From Octopus bimaculoides (lineage: Eukaryota), in NCBI RefSeq assembly GCF_001194135.2, contig NC_068987.1, positions 60,273,670 to 60,337,669 of the forward strand: DNA of 64,000 nt, read 5' to 3'. The notes under the pieces are model-generated. The model was not told the DNA's origin and made no database searches. It saw only the letters and a program-made list of their open reading frames with translations. This document shows positions 38,494 through 52,684 of the stretch, piece after piece; within the stretch, counting starts at the first letter, position 1; every line of letters begins with the position of its first letter. A program made the translations under genes and the position numbers.

Positions 38494-38949
38494 ATAAATA
38501 ATATCAACATCACTAAGAACAACATCTAAACAGCTTTTTATTGATCAGAATTATTAAAGCATAGAATAAACTACTGGTATTAAGCATTAACCCTTTGCCT
38601 GTCCTATGTATTTCTTGTTATACACGAGACATATTTCCCTGGTGTCTATGCATCATATATGATATGCATTCCCAATTTCTTTCATCTACCAGAGTAACTT
38701 GCGACTTATGAGAGGAAAGCTTTATATTACTCAGATCATATGAAATGAGGTTAATTAATAGTGTGAAAGCAAACAAGAATGTTCAGAAGAAACTTATGAA
38801 AATGCTTTGACACAGGGAATGGAATAAAATTCACCAATACTAAACAAGTTTATGCTCCCTAACACATTATGGCTTTTTTTGCTGTTCACTTCCCAAGCTT
38901 TTTGTGCTTTATTCTGTGTAGTATTTGCTTTCATTCCTGGCTATCATTG

Positions 38950-39123
38950 TGTTATGTCTCAAGCTACTGCTGTCTAGCACCTTCGGATGATCTCTGCTCA
39001 ACTGATACTCAACAGCTACTCAACTGTCAGTCGACCATCAGTCCACTACTACCACGGTCAGACTACATCTATTTATATGTCTTGGTTGAGCCTACTTCTT
39101 CGTTTAGGGGCATCGACACAACA
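38950..39123. mobile_element. Probable solo LTR (BEL/Pao- or Gypsy-like), 174 bp
   Basis: Starts TGTTATGTC and ends GACACAACA (9-bp inverted ends, 1 mismatch). It is flanked by CATTG / TATTG (5-bp duplication, 1 mismatch) and has a TATA-like catataaatag on the minus strand. No AATAAA seen. Confidence 0.5.
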
Positions 39124-39219
39124 TATTGTTTACCTTTACTTTACTTATTGCTGCTTCTTATCCCCTTTTTTACCCTTTTCTAATGAGCTGTAGTATACCT
39201 GAACATTATTATCTTAGAC

Positions 39220-39360
39220 CAGTGGTTCTCAACCATGGTCCACATCACCCTTAGGGGTCCATATTAGATTTTAGTATTAAAATTTACGTGCAATGAGTTG
39301 GTTACACTTCTGCAATATACAGAATATTTGAACAATTTCTATACAATTCCTAATATTTAA
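39220..39360 (+). mobile_element. hAT/Charlie-like left-end fragment
   Basis: Begins cagtggttctcaacc, a typical Charlie-type TIR. No matching right end was found. Confidence 0.45.
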
Positions 39361-39894
39361 TTCCTCCTCTGGAGTAACTCCATTTCAGTCACTTTTTCAT
39401 GATCATATTCTTTCAGTCATTACCAAAGGTTCTTGACCATAGTTAAGGGTTGGCATGAACACCAAACTGAAGACAGAGAGTCTGGTTTTTACACCCACCT
39501 TTTTTCTTCTGAAGATTGAATGCTTAAGTATCTTAAAAAAATAAAAAAGGACAAATCAGATAATGAAGTTTGATATAAACTATATCTAGGAAAGATCATA
39601 TATCTGTTTGGTCAGTGCTGTTTTGGGGGTAAACAGATACAACAATCTGGAGTATGTGATTTGAAAATCAGTTTGCTCAATACTTTCTGAGTACAGAGAT
39701 TTTACATGTGCTTTTACGCTAAGCATTTAACAATAAGTTAAGATCAATGACACGTTTTCATAGTCTCTTTTATAGGAACAAAATTTCAAGTTTCTTTACT
39801 ACTTTTTCCTACTTTCATTTTTTCTTTTTTTGTAATCCTAAATCACATGACTCCAGTTAAAGGAAGACTGAGAGGTAACTAACAGATGTTGTTG

Positions 39895-39942
39895 GCAGGA
39901 ATTTTTGTGCAATTTAGATGACAGTTTTTTCACTGCACCCTG
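39895..39942 (-). mobile_element. Terminal fragment of the maT-like family seen at 25056
   Basis: The minus strand reads cagggtgcagtgaaaaaactgtcatctaaattgcacaaaaat, nearly identical to 25056-25097. Confidence 0.7.
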
Positions 39943-39958
39943 CATATATAAATGCATG

Positions 39959-40039
<81 letters not shown>

Positions 40040-40484
40040 NNNNNNNNNNNNNNNNNNNNNNNNNNNNNNNNNNNNNNNNNNNNNNNNNNNNNNNNNNNNN
40101 NNNNNNNNNNNNNNNNNNNNNNNNNNNNNNNNNNNNNNNNNNNNNNNNNNNNNNNNNNNNNNNNNNNNNNNNNNNNNNNNNNNNNNNNNNNNNNNNNNNN
40201 NNNNNNNNNNNNNNNNNNNNNNNNNNNNNNNNNNNNNNNNNNNNNNNNNNNNNNNNNNNNNNNNNNNNNNNNNNNNNNNNNNNNNNNNNNNNNNNNNNNN
40301 NNNNNNNNNNNNNNNNNNNNNNNNNNNNNNNNNNNNNNNNNNNNNNNNNNNNNNNNNNNNNNNNNNNNNNNNNNNNNNNNNNNNNNNNNNNNNNNNNNNN
40401 NNNNNNNNNNNNNNNNNNNNNNNNNNNNNNNNNNNNNNNNNNNNNNNNNNNNNNNNNNNNNNNNNNNNNNNNNNNNNNNNNNNN
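40040..40484. other. Assembly gap (largest of ten)
   Basis: Run of N directly after (TA)n; all gaps are listed in the summary. Confidence 0.99.
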
Positions 40485-40530
40485 GTGGTGGAAATGTCAA
40501 CAATGATGACAACAGCAACAATAATGTTGA

Positions 40531-40563
<33 letters not shown>

Positions 40564-41557
40564 ATGTGGTAGTGGTGGTGGTGGTGGTGGTGGCAGCGGT
40601 GGTGGTGGTGACGATGATGATAGTGATGGTGATGACAGTGATATTGTGTACAATACTGATCTCCAGCAGAGTTGCTTTAGCAACACAGAAGATTTATACA
40701 CATAATCCATTTTGGAAAATATTAAATATAGAACAAACAAATATAAGTTACAATCACATAAGAATGATTTCTTTTGACATGACACAAAACCAAATATAGT
40801 AGAATAGATATTACTCTCCATAGAAAACACTTGATAGATTTGTCTGCATCACAACAAAGTCTAACACATCTCTATCCATCTCCATACATGACTACCATTC
40901 TGAAATTATTGGCATCACAATGCCACCCTCCTTTCATAGTGTGTCAGATATAACTTATAGAGAGTAAGGAAAAAGAAAGAAGCCTGGACATCATTTGCGA
41001 GTATGTATGACATCATAGTATGTACCATATATTTGTTGATTGTATTGGGTACCAATGTATAATGCGGGTGTGGTAATAGGTACAGGTGTGGTATTGATGC
41101 AAGCATGGTATGAGCACAGGCATGGTATTAAGTGCTGGCATAGCTGTGTGGGAAGAAGTTTGCTTTCCGACCACATAAATCTAGGTTCAATTCCACTGCA
41201 TGGCATCTTAGGCAAGTGTTTTGATGCAGGCATGGCTGTGTGGTAAGAAGTTTTCTTCCCAACCACATGGTTCCAAGTTCTCTCCTACTGCATAGTGCCT
41301 TGGGCAAGCGTCTTCTATTACAGCCTTGGGCTGACCAAAGCCTTGTGTGTGCATGTGTGTGTGTATGTGCTTGCATGTGTGTGTGCACGTGTGTGTGTAT
41401 GTGTGTATATATATATATANNNNNNNNNNNNNNNNNNNNNNNNNNNNNNNNNNNNNNNNNNNNNNNNNNNNNNNNNNNNNNNNNNNNNNNNNNNNNNNNN
41501 NNNNNNNNNNNNNNNNNNNNNNNNNNNNNNNNNNNNNTATGTGTGTGTCTGTGTGTG

Positions 41558-41612
<55 letters not shown>

Positions 41613-42279
41613 ATATGTGTGTGTATCTCTGTGTGTGTATGTATATATTTGTGTGTGTGCATTTGGTGTCTTTGTTGGGTATGTTTCCATAACTTAGCAT
41701 TTTGGCAAAAGAGACCAATAGAATAAGTACCAGGCTTTAAAAATAAGTGCTGGTGTCACCATCATGCAAGCAGTGTCCTTCATTCAACTCCCATGAAAAT
41801 ATGTCTAGTCATGGGGAAATATTACCTTGCTTGGAAACAGGTGAGGGTTCGCAACAAAAATGGCATCCAGCTATAAAAAATCTGCCTCAGCAAAATTCCA
41901 TCTAACCCATGCAAGCATGAAAAAATGGACAGTAATGTAGTCTCAATCAGACATAGACAGGCGGAGAGAGCTGCACCAATAAGTCAGCTGTTACTCATTT
42001 TCTTCTAAGTAACCTGGGTCCATGTGAATTTCAAGTGTCTTTTACAAAGACACAATGTGCCGCTCAACCCAGAAATTGAATCTACTGCTTTATTATCAAT
42101 ATACCAACACCCAAACACTGTGTGACATACCTTCGCTATATCTCACCTCGTTTTTCCTCTGGTTTCTTCTGGTCAGTGCCATAGCAAGTTGCAAGTTCTT
42201 CTGAGCAGGTTGTTCGTTTTTCAAAGAATAGTCAGATGATGGGGCTGCCATTTTGGCAACAGGTCAATGTGCCATGGGT

Positions 42280-42766
42280 CATCGCTGGTCTGGAACCCTC
42301 CTGAGAGACCGGCCAGCCTAGGATGGCCCTACCAGGTGCAAAGCTCCAACAGTAACATTCTCCCAGGTCTATGGAAACATGCAATCCCCCTCGCAATGAC
42401 AAAGTCAAACCCAGGAGGGGGACAGCATCGCCTTCCTGGCACTTGTGCCGGATGGCACGTGTAAAGACATTCGAGCGAGATCGTTACCAGTGCCGCCAAA
42501 CTGGCTCCTGTGTAGGTGGCACATAAAATACACCATTTTGAGCATGGCCGTTGCCAGTACCACCTGACTGGCCCTCGTGTCGGTGGCACGTAAAAGCACC
42601 CACTACACTCTTGAAGTGGTTGGCGTTAGGAAGGGCATCCAGCTGTAGAAACTCTGCCAAATCAGATTGGAGCCTGGTGTAGCCATCTGGTTTCACCAGT
42701 CCTCAGTCAAATCGTCCAACCCATGCTAGCATGGAAAGCGGACGTTAAACGACGATGATGATGATG
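42280..42766 (+). mobile_element. RTE 5'-UTR-like segment fused to an RTE 3' UTR and tail
   Basis: 42280-42425 resembles RTE 5' ends (ggtctggaaccctcctgagagacc...ccctaccaggtgcaaagctcc...atgcaatccccctcgcaatgacaaag). 42428-42766 is the reverse complement of about 43615-43950 and ends in (GAT)n. Confidence 0.65.
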
Positions 42767-43584
42767 TAGCTGTCACTCACAAACAGGTATGACTTAATGG
42801 CATGGATCATGCTTTTGCTAATTGTTTTAGTTTCAGATCCCTATGTCAGTCACAAGCATGGGTGTAGACACCCTCTTGTATATCCCACATTTGAACCTAT
42901 GGAACATCAAAGAAGTGATAACTGGAAGGAGAGTGAGCTGCACCAACAGTCAGTTATTATTGATTTCCAGCTAAGTAGACTAGAGTAGTGTGAAATAGCT
43001 ATAATTGAAATGCCTTTGGTCATAGGTCTCATCAATCATTAGGTCTCATCAATCATTGTTGACCTGTGGCTAAATAACAGTAACAACAGCATCAACGACA
43101 ATAACAAGTGACAATAAGCGTGTCTCTATTGCAGTAGCGGACCTGCTTGAAATAGCAGCTACATCTTCAAATAATGTGTTGCTGTCTAAAAAGGGAGGGT
43201 TCTATGTACTTGCTTGACCTGCAGAAAATAACAGCTGAATCTACTTCAAATCACATACCATACCATCTTAAAAGTAAGAGAAATAATAATGTCTGAAAAA
43301 TGATGGAATGGTCATGGCTAGACCCCCTTAGATTATAATCATATTCTGTTATATTCTACTAATGATGACTTGGCATTTCATGACTACAAAGCAATCACTT
43401 TATTAGATATAATGAAGATTCTTTAATGATTCTCCATTACAGCTGATAAATAACTAATCCTTATAATCATTATAGCTAATCTTCCTTATCACTAATGAGA
43501 AATATTTTATTATTTTATCATGTGTATAAGATTAATATAGCACATATAACTATCTTAATATATGTATATATATATATATATATA

Positions 43585-43614
<30 letters not shown>

Positions 43615-43617
<3 letters not shown>

Positions 43618-44340
43618 TCATCATCATCGTTTAACGTTGGCTTTCCATGCTAGCATGGGTTGGACGATTTGACTGAGGACTGGTGAACCAGATGGCTACA
43701 CCAGGCTCCAATCTGATTTGGCAGAGTTTCTACAGCTGGATGCCCTTCCTTACGCCAACCACTCCAAGAGTGTAATGGGTGCTTTTACGTGCCACTGGCA
43801 CAAAGGCCAGTCAGGAGGTACTGGCAACGGCCATGTTCGAAATGGTGTATTTTAAGTGCCACCTGCACAAGGGCCAGTCCAGCGGTACTGGCAATGAACT
43901 CGCTCGAATGTCTTTTCACATGCCACTGGCACAAGTGCCAGGAAGGCGACACTGGTAACGGTCATGCTCAAATGGTGCTATTTATGTGCCACAAGCACGA
44001 AAGCCAGACAGCTGGTGCTCTGGCAACGATCACACTCGGATGGTGCTCTTAGTGATCTACTGGTACAAGTGCCATCATGATTTCGCTTTTGCTTGCCCCA
44101 ACAGGTCTTCGCAAGCTGAGTTTAGTGTTCAATGAAGACGTTGGCATGGGTGCCAGTCATCAAATTTAGTTCGATTTTGATTTCACTTGCCTCAACAAAT
44201 CTTCGCAAGCAGAGTTTATTGTCCAAAGAAGGAATGTTACGCATAAGTGGGCTGGCTACATCCCTGGCAGAGGCCTTGGATTTTGGTTTCACTTGGCTTG
44301 CAGGGTCTTCTCACGCATGGTCTCACTTGGCTTGCTGAGT
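43615..44340 (-). mobile_element. 5'-truncated RTE-type LINE: ORF end plus ~700-bp 3' UTR with internal subrepeats
   Basis: The minus strand has ...REKTLQAK*, then a UTR with repeated gtgcc(a/g)gtggca(c/t)gt...aaagca...ttgccagtacc units and the shared tail. Confidence 0.75.
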
Positions 44341-44341
44341 C

Positions 44342-44374
<33 letters not shown>

Positions 44375-45160
44375 GGGTAGAGTAATTTGGTTACTATAGT
44401 ACTTATATTGTCTTAATATATACACAAAGAAAGGCGGCAAGCTAACAGAATCATTAGCACACTGGGCAAGATGCTTAGCAGCATTTTATCCATCTTTACA
44501 TTCTGAGCACAAATTCTGCCGAGGTAGACTTTGCCTTTCGTCCTTTCAAGGTCATTAAAATAAGTACCAGTTGAGCTCTGGTTAAGAAACAAACATCTTA
44601 CCCACACAGCGATATCTTTTGGAGTTGATAATTAAGGTGAGAGAGCTGGTATCCCTGGATCTCTGAAATGATCTTATTATGCAAAATTTGATTATGTGTT
44701 TTATAAACATACATGTATACAAAAACACAAAAAATTATGTATATGTACAGTGCTCCAGCATGGCCAGAGTCAAATGACTGAAACAAATAAAAGAATAAAA
44801 GAATGTGCACACATACACATATGCATACATCCATATAGATATACATGCAGGCAGAGATATAAATATACATACATACATGGATACATACATACATAAATAC
44901 ACATACATACATACATACATACATACATACATTTATTCATTCATACATATATACATATATACAACCATGCATACATACACTCGTACATACATAGAGACAC
45001 ACTTTCAGCTTCATATCTAATTATTATTGGAGCAGCAATATATAGACCAACCTATCTGGATCAAAGTATGGCTGACCTTGAGTTCTTGTGGAGAGAATGC
45101 AACTCCTTAATTCATACACTACAAATGATCACAATATCTGGGACAATAAAATAAAAGTTA

Positions 45161-45560
45161 GCAGGAGTGGCTGTGTGGTAAGTAGCTTGCTTACCAACCA
45201 CATGGTTCCGGGTTCAGTCCCACTGCGTGGCATCTTGGCCAAGTGCCTTCTACTATAGCCTTAGGCCGACCAAAGCCTTGTGAGTGCATTTGGTAGACGG
45301 AAACTGAAAGAAGCCCTTCGTATATATGTATATACATATATATATGTGTGTGTGTGTTTGTGCATCTGTGTTTATCCCCCTAGCATTGCTTGACAACTGA
45401 TGCTGGTGTGTTTATGTCCCCGTAACTTAGCGGTTCGGCAAAAGAGACCGATACAATAAGTACTAGGCTTACAAAGAATAAGTCCCGGGGTCGATTTGCT
45501 CGACTAAAGGCGGTTCTCCAGCATGCCCGCAGACAAATGACTGAAACAAGTAAAAGAGAG
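45161..45560 (+). mobile_element. SINE family B, full-length and apparently young copy
   Basis: Head ggagtggctgtgtggtaag (A box) and gggttcagtccc (B-box-like), CORE-like ggcatcttggccaagtgccttctactatagcc, internal (TA)(TG)n, and tail ...aaatgactgaaacaagtaaaagag. Many CpGs are retained. Confidence 0.85.
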
Positions 45561-46240
45561 TACCTAAACATTTAAAGGATCATGAACAAAACAAAATGCT
45601 TCCCTTCACAATCTTGCAATTAAGCAGACAGGTGATAACAGATGCTGGTAGTTTATTCTATGCATCTGCAATTCTGAGCATGCAAAAATGTTTCTGATTG
45701 ACATGGATGCTGGGCTGTCTTCTGATTTTGTAAGTATACCAATGGGTGTAAGACAGATGGAATTCACAGAGTGGAATTGAACCCTGAACCACATGATCGG
45801 CAAGTGAACTTTTTAACCATTTCGCTATGCAGCATCCATTTACATATGTATAGACATAAGCATACATACACGCACAGAGACGTAGATACATTGTGCTTGC
45901 ATACCCACCTACATACTATATACAAGCACACACATATACATACACACATATACTGACTAATCTCATTAATTGTACTATCATTTATTACATGCTTCATGAA
46001 CATAATAGCATGCATATATCTATAAGCTTATGCACACACATACACAAATGCACACAATTATTCATATACATACATACATACATGTATACATACATGCATG
46101 CATATATATATATATATGAATGTATATATGTGTATGTGTATGTATATATGTATATATATGTGTGTGTGAGTGTGTATGTGTGTGAGTGTGTGTGTATATA
46201 AATATATGTATGTATGTATGTATGTATATGTATATATCTA

Positions 46241-46277
<37 letters not shown>

Positions 46278-47864
46278 NNNNNNNNNNNNNNNNNNNNNNN
46301 NNNNNNNNNNNNNNNNNNNNNNNNNNNNNNNNNNNNTATATATAGAATATATATGTGTATATATACATATATGTATTTATGTATGTATATGTGTGTGTGT
46401 TTGCATGTGTGTTTGCATGTATGTGTATGTATATGTATGTATGCATGTATGTATGTATGTATGTATGTATGTATGTATGTATGTATGTACTGACTCTGTT
46501 GACTTATTATATAATGTTTCATTATATGCCTGGCTGAAGATTAATATAATTCCGTCTGAGCTGTGTAATCTGATAACATATTGACACACCTGTACTTTGC
46601 CAATTTCTTTTGAAATTCTTCTAATAATATTCTTCATTGTAAAGCTGGTATGTTGTTAAAAATGGTTGAGTGCTGGACTAATTGTACAATAATATTTAGT
46701 TTCATTCCTCTATGTTCTGATTTTAGACCCTATGATTATTGACTTTAGCTTTGTGGTGTTGAAAACTATAATTACTGAAATTTACTACTTCTTAATATTA
46801 TTGGTGCTTTAAAGGTGATGAAATAGAAGAATTGCTAGCATATCTGACAAAAATTCTTAGTGGTAATTCTTCAAACTCACTATATTCTGAGTTCAAATTC
46901 TGACAAGGTCAACTTTGTTGTTCACCCTTTCTGGGTTGATAAAACAAAGTACCACTCAAGTACTGGAGTAAATGCTAATGACTTGCCCTTCCTTTCAAAA
47001 TTGCTGGCCTTGTGCCAAAATTAGAAAGAAAAATATTATTGACTGATACATGGTCACTCAACCTGCTAGAAATAGCAGCCACAAGTCCTTTGAATATCAC
47101 TGTACCATCTTAAAAATATGTTATTCATTATTGTTGTCCCAGACACAAAAACAGCTGAAGGAAAAGGGAAATGGTTATGGCTGGAACACCTTTTAATCTG
47201 CTTGCTTAGTCAGTGTAGACCTGGGGTTAAACAATAATAAAAATTAGAGGCTGTTTCTTTATTAGTAATGATACAATTTATTGGAGAGGAAGATGAAATT
47301 GTGTGATATTCATGCTTTTCCTAATTTTCTGTATTACCTTTAAATTAACAACCATAGGAATTGAAGTTTGTGTCTATTGAAAAGCTTTCTATCCCTGTAT
47401 CTGGAAGGAAAATGCTTATTAACTAACTTAAGGACAGCTTTAATATGCAGGACTTCACACTAATGGAGAAAGGGGATGTGAACCAAATTACAGTGCATCA
47501 GCATTGTTTTTGGCTGGTCCTTGTTGCGAGTATTGTAAGTGAAATTCTCTTTAAATCCATTTGCTGCAAGGGCATTGTTATAATAGGAGCTATCCTATTA
47601 AAACATATTTTTATGAGAAGACAGACTCAATGTCTTTTTGCTCATTCCTTTAACTAGTAATTAAGTAGCAAGGGATAGGTGACAAACCCCAGTGTTAATT
47701 GTAGGCAATCATCTCTCTGGGCTTACTGTGAGCTTAATACAAATGAGCAGCTAAATCCATTACTATGCTAATGCCAGTGACGCAAGGAAATCAACTAGTG
47801 CACACAATAAAGTGGTTGGCATTAAGAAGGTCATCCAGCCATACAGGCAATGCAAAAGATGTCA

Positions 47865-47890
47865 CTAACCCTAACCCTAACCCTAACCCT
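47865..47890. repeat. Short (CTAACC)4 telomere-type repeat inside an RTE tail
   Basis: ctaaccctaaccctaaccctaaccct read directly; a 2-unit version lies at 31859-31870. Confidence 0.85.
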
Positions 47891-48005
47891 GCAGCTTGCT
47901 GAATCCCATGAATCAATCCAAGCCACACAAGCTTAGAAAAACAGATATCTGATGATGATGATGATGATGGTGGTGATGGTGATGATGGTGATGATGATGA
48001 CATTA

Positions 48006-48166
48006 CCATATTTTAACATGTATAAGGAACTCCCTAATTTTGAGGGCTTAAAATTTGGAAAAAATTTTTTGTAAGGGATTAAAATACTATCCATATATAA
48101 GAAACTCCTATACTTTGTAACCTAATTTTTGACAAAAAAGGGTTCCTTGTACACGTTAAAATAGGG
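48006..48166. mobile_element. Tc1/mariner-pogo-type MITE, 161 bp
   Basis: TA|ccatattttaacatgtataaggaac ... gttccttgtacacgttaaaataggg|TA: ~25-bp TIRs and a TA duplication. Confidence 0.8.
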
Positions 48167-48484
48167 TATATTAGAATATATTAAGTATCCATATGTAACT
48201 CAGTGTCAAAAATTGGTTTAGAAGGAATCTCCCCCCCTCTCTCTCTTTCTCTCTCTCTAAATACACACTCCACGTGCACGCAGATAGAGAGACAGACAGA
48301 CAGACAGACAGATAGATAGACAGCTAGATTGCTTGACAAATAGATAGATAGATAGATAGATAGATAGAAAGAAACATAAAAATAGAGACAGCGACAGATA
48401 TATTAGACATAGACAGACAGGCATTCAGACAGACAGACAGACAGACACACACACACACACACACATACACACAGACAGACACAC

Positions 48485-48543
<59 letters not shown>

Positions 48544-48977
48544 CAGACAGACAAACAGGCAGACAGGCAAGCAGACAGACAGGCGAGAAAGCAGACAGAC
48601 AGACCGACCAATAAATACATAAAAACAGAGACAGCAACTGACACAGGCAGTTAGACAGAATGTTTTAAAGTAAAACAAATTAAAATTATTTTCTATCCAA
48701 ATACGTTGATCAGATAAAATAAAAACTTTTGCTTTTTTACTTATTTATTTATTTATTTATTTATTTATTTTACCATTTTATCTCATCCCTTGTCTATATC
48801 TCCCCTCCTCCTCCTCCTTACCATTATCGCTGCCTCATTTGATTCCAGCACCAGCTCTGTTTATCAGCATCCTACTCACTACCACTACTGCTACCACTGC
48901 CATCACAGCTTACACTTTTCCTTTCTTACAGTGCCTTCTACCCTGAAAAATCGTCTTCCTAGTTACCAATTCTGTAG

Positions 48978-49008
<31 letters not shown>

Positions 49009-49278
49009 CTTCTTCTTCTTCTTCTTCTTCTTCTCCTCCTTCTTCTTCTTCTCCTTCTTCTTCCTCTCCTTCTTCTTCTTCTACTCCTTCTTCTTCTTCT
49101 TCTTCTTCTTCTTCTTCTACTCCTTCTTCTTCTTCTCCTTCTTCTTCTCCTTCTCCTTCTTCTTCTTCTTCTCCTTCTCCTTCTCCTTCTTCTTCTTCTT
49201 CTTCTCTTTCTCCATTTTCTTCTCCTTCTTCTTCTTCTTCTTCTTCTTCTTTTTCTTCTTTTTCCTCTTCTTCTTCTG
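48978..49278. repeat. ~300-bp (CTT/CTC)n polypyrimidine tract
   Basis: Direct reading; it produces the poly-L and poly-K/E ORFs. Confidence 0.95.
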
Positions 49279-49399
49279 CTGGCTTATTACATAAAATACA
49301 GATTCTACACAGGCAAACACAGCTGTGATCTCATTCTGACCTCTGGTATCACCTAGGCAACAAGTGAAACAATATTCTTCCACTCAACATACACATTTT

Positions 49400-50310
49400 C
49401 TCATACACACAAATATACATACATATACACACATACATACATACATACATACATACATACATACATACATACACCCACACACACACAAGTATCCATACAT
49501 ATATATACACACACACATATATATATATATACATACATACACACCTCACACACATACACAGATATATGTAGATATATATACACACACTGAAACATACATA
49601 CATACACCAGACGCACACAGATATACATACATATATACACACACATACATACAAACAACACACGCATACACACACATACACATATATATACACATATACA
49701 TACACACTTACATATACATAAATATCGACATATACATANNNNNNNNNNATATATACATATACCCATATAGAAACTTGCATAAATACACATACACATGCAC
49801 ATACACATGCACATACACACACTCAGTCAATAGATATACACATATGTATATTCATACATAAATTGCATACACATATTCATACATATAAACGAAATTCATA
49901 CAAACACATGCAGTCATGGATATGTATGTCCCCTCATGTACAGAGCCATTTATATACATATTTATCATCGTGAATTCAAATACTCTGTCATAAACATACA
50001 GATTCCAAATACCTATACACACACATATATACCTATCCAATCATATATATATATATATATACACACATACACTTATATACTTATACACTTTTAAACACAT
50101 TTCATAAACTTTCACAGAGATACACGGACACATATACATTTACATATACATACACACACACACACATATATACGTACATACATAAATACATTCATAGACA
50201 CACACATATATATATATATACAAGCACACACACACACACACACACACGCACACACACCCACACACACACATATATATACATACATATAAACACACACTCA
50301 CACATGTGTG
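49400..50310. repeat. Compound (CA)/(TA)/(CATA)n low-complexity block
   Basis: Direct reading; similar blocks at 30500-30745, 44800-45000 and 45890-46490. Confidence 0.9.
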
Positions 50311-50955
50311 GGGGTTGTATGTATGTATAAATATATCTACTTGCGTCAATATACCTATAATCAGGCTATAATCTAGCAGCTCCATGATAAATATTTGGTC
50401 AAAGACACACATGGCTTCTTAAACTATGAACTCTATAACTGTGATTCTACTACAAGTTACAAAGAAATCAGTGAAGTAAAATGGCAATGGACCAAGTTTT
50501 TGGAAGGGACAAATCTAGTACACCTCTTGGAAATGAGAATGAAAAAAAAGGAAATTCTTTAAAATTGTAAGTAGCTTCGAAAATATTAGATTTTTTTGTG
50601 GGATGGGAAGATGGTTTGTTTGTTTGTTTTTAGTGTGTTGTAACTTAACCTGAGAAAGATTTAACTAAATGAAAAATAAAAATAAGAAACAAGATTACTC
50701 AACACGCTGGAAATAGCAGCCCAGTCTCTCTCAAATCACACACTCTTTTACTCTTTTACTCTTTTACTTGTTTCAGTCATTTGACTGTGGCCATGCTGGA
50801 GCACCGCCCCCAAGACTTATTCTTTGTAAGCCTAGTACTTATTCTATCGGTCTCTTTTGCCGAACTGCTAAGTTACGGAGGACGTAAACACACTAGCATT
50901 GGTTGTCAAGCGATGTTGGGTGGACAAACACAGACACAAAAACATATATGCACAC

Positions 50956-51033
<78 letters not shown>

Positions 51034-51906
51034 GCATATGACGGGCTTCTTTCAGTTTCCGTCTACCAAATCCACTCACAAGGCTTTGGTCGGCCCGAGT
51101 CTATAGTAGAAGACACTTGCCCAAAGTGCCATGCAATGGGACTGAACCCAGAACCATGAAGTTCGTAAGCAAGCTACTTACCACACAACCACTCCTACGC
51201 CTATACTCCTCATCTTTCAAAAGTGAACATATAAGATAGTGTATTCCTAGATAATCATAAACATACAAAATGGCTATGGCATGTTTTAACGTGATATTAA
51301 CCTACAATAACTACAAAAAACATCAAACAGGTCTACTTTTCATAGGTTTCTTGTTTTGTTTACCATAGTCTACTCCAATGCAAATATTGATTTCAAATTC
51401 TGGCACAAGGCCAGCAAAATACGGGGCTGTGAGGAAGTCAATTATATTGACCCAGTACTCAACTGGTACGCTAAAAGAATGAAAGTGATTTCAACTCCAG
51501 CAGAATTTGATCTCAGAACATGAAGATGGATGAAATGCCACTAAGCATTTCGCACAGTATACTAACAATTCTGCCAGCTTACCACTTTATTTCAATGCAA
51601 ATATTTATCAGGAATTAGGTATTGCTTTCGTATCATTATCAAGTCGTTATTTTTGACAGTCGAAGAACACACATAAACAGCTGCATTCACATTTTGTATA
51701 CATTTTAACAGTGCAACTGATATCATATGCTGAAAAGTTTTGTCGCACTTTTGTGACCTGGTCACTGACATACTTCTATAACATCTGTTGGACATCAAAC
51801 ACTGATGAGTCAATGATGGGATTTCCCTTCTATAACACTTAAAAGAATTGTTTTAATGAGTTCCAGATGACATTATTTTAGGAAATATGAAAAACCATTA
51901 TTGTCG

Positions 51907-51960
<54 letters not shown>

Positions 51961-52622
51961 CCATTATTATTATTATTATTATTATTTAATCTGCACGTTT
52001 GTTACAGTCACTTGGCAAGACACACCTAATGTCCTATTATTATTATTATCATTATTATTATTATTATCATCATCATATGTTTGGCTTTTGCTTTGCGTCT
52101 GTGCAAGTTGACTCCAAGTCTCACCTGGAGGCCTTAAGAGACAACAAGTTAGTTCAAGTTGGTGTTATGACTAGGGTACCATAATTTTGGTTTTGCACAA
52201 ATTATTGTTCTAGAGAATATCCATGGAAACATAAGAAAATTAGGAGTTTGTTCAAAAAGTAATTTGATTATAAGATGATAATGTGTTGTTAAGATTACAG
52301 TAAAAGGCGTTTACTATTATGTACATTTAAAAGTATTTTGATATTGTATACAGATTAAAATGTTTTGGGGATTACATAGACAATATTTTTTAAGGATATG
52401 AACAGTTCCCATGATGAGTTGGTAGAATTGTTAGCACGCCAGACAAAATGTTAAGCGACATTTCGTTAGTCTTTACGTTCTGAGTTCAAATTCAGCCGGG
52501 TCCGACTTTGTCTTTCATCCTTGCAGGGCTGATAAATTAAGTACCAGTGAAACACTGAGGTTGATGTAATTGACTAGCCCCCTTCCCCCAAAATTCAAGG
52601 CCTTGTGCCTTCAGTAGAAAGG

Positions 52623-52684
<62 letters not shown>

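Noticed and set aside
38607-38755. piggyBac-like MITE (TTAA-CCCTTT start)
   Set aside because: The right end does not form a convincing inverted repeat.
48790-49383. 188-aa poly-Leu ORF and antisense poly-Lys/Glu ORF (with a CCLGD motif reminiscent of PHD fingers)
   Set aside because: Translation of the (CTT)n tract; the Cys motif is isolated and lacks the remaining PHD ligands.
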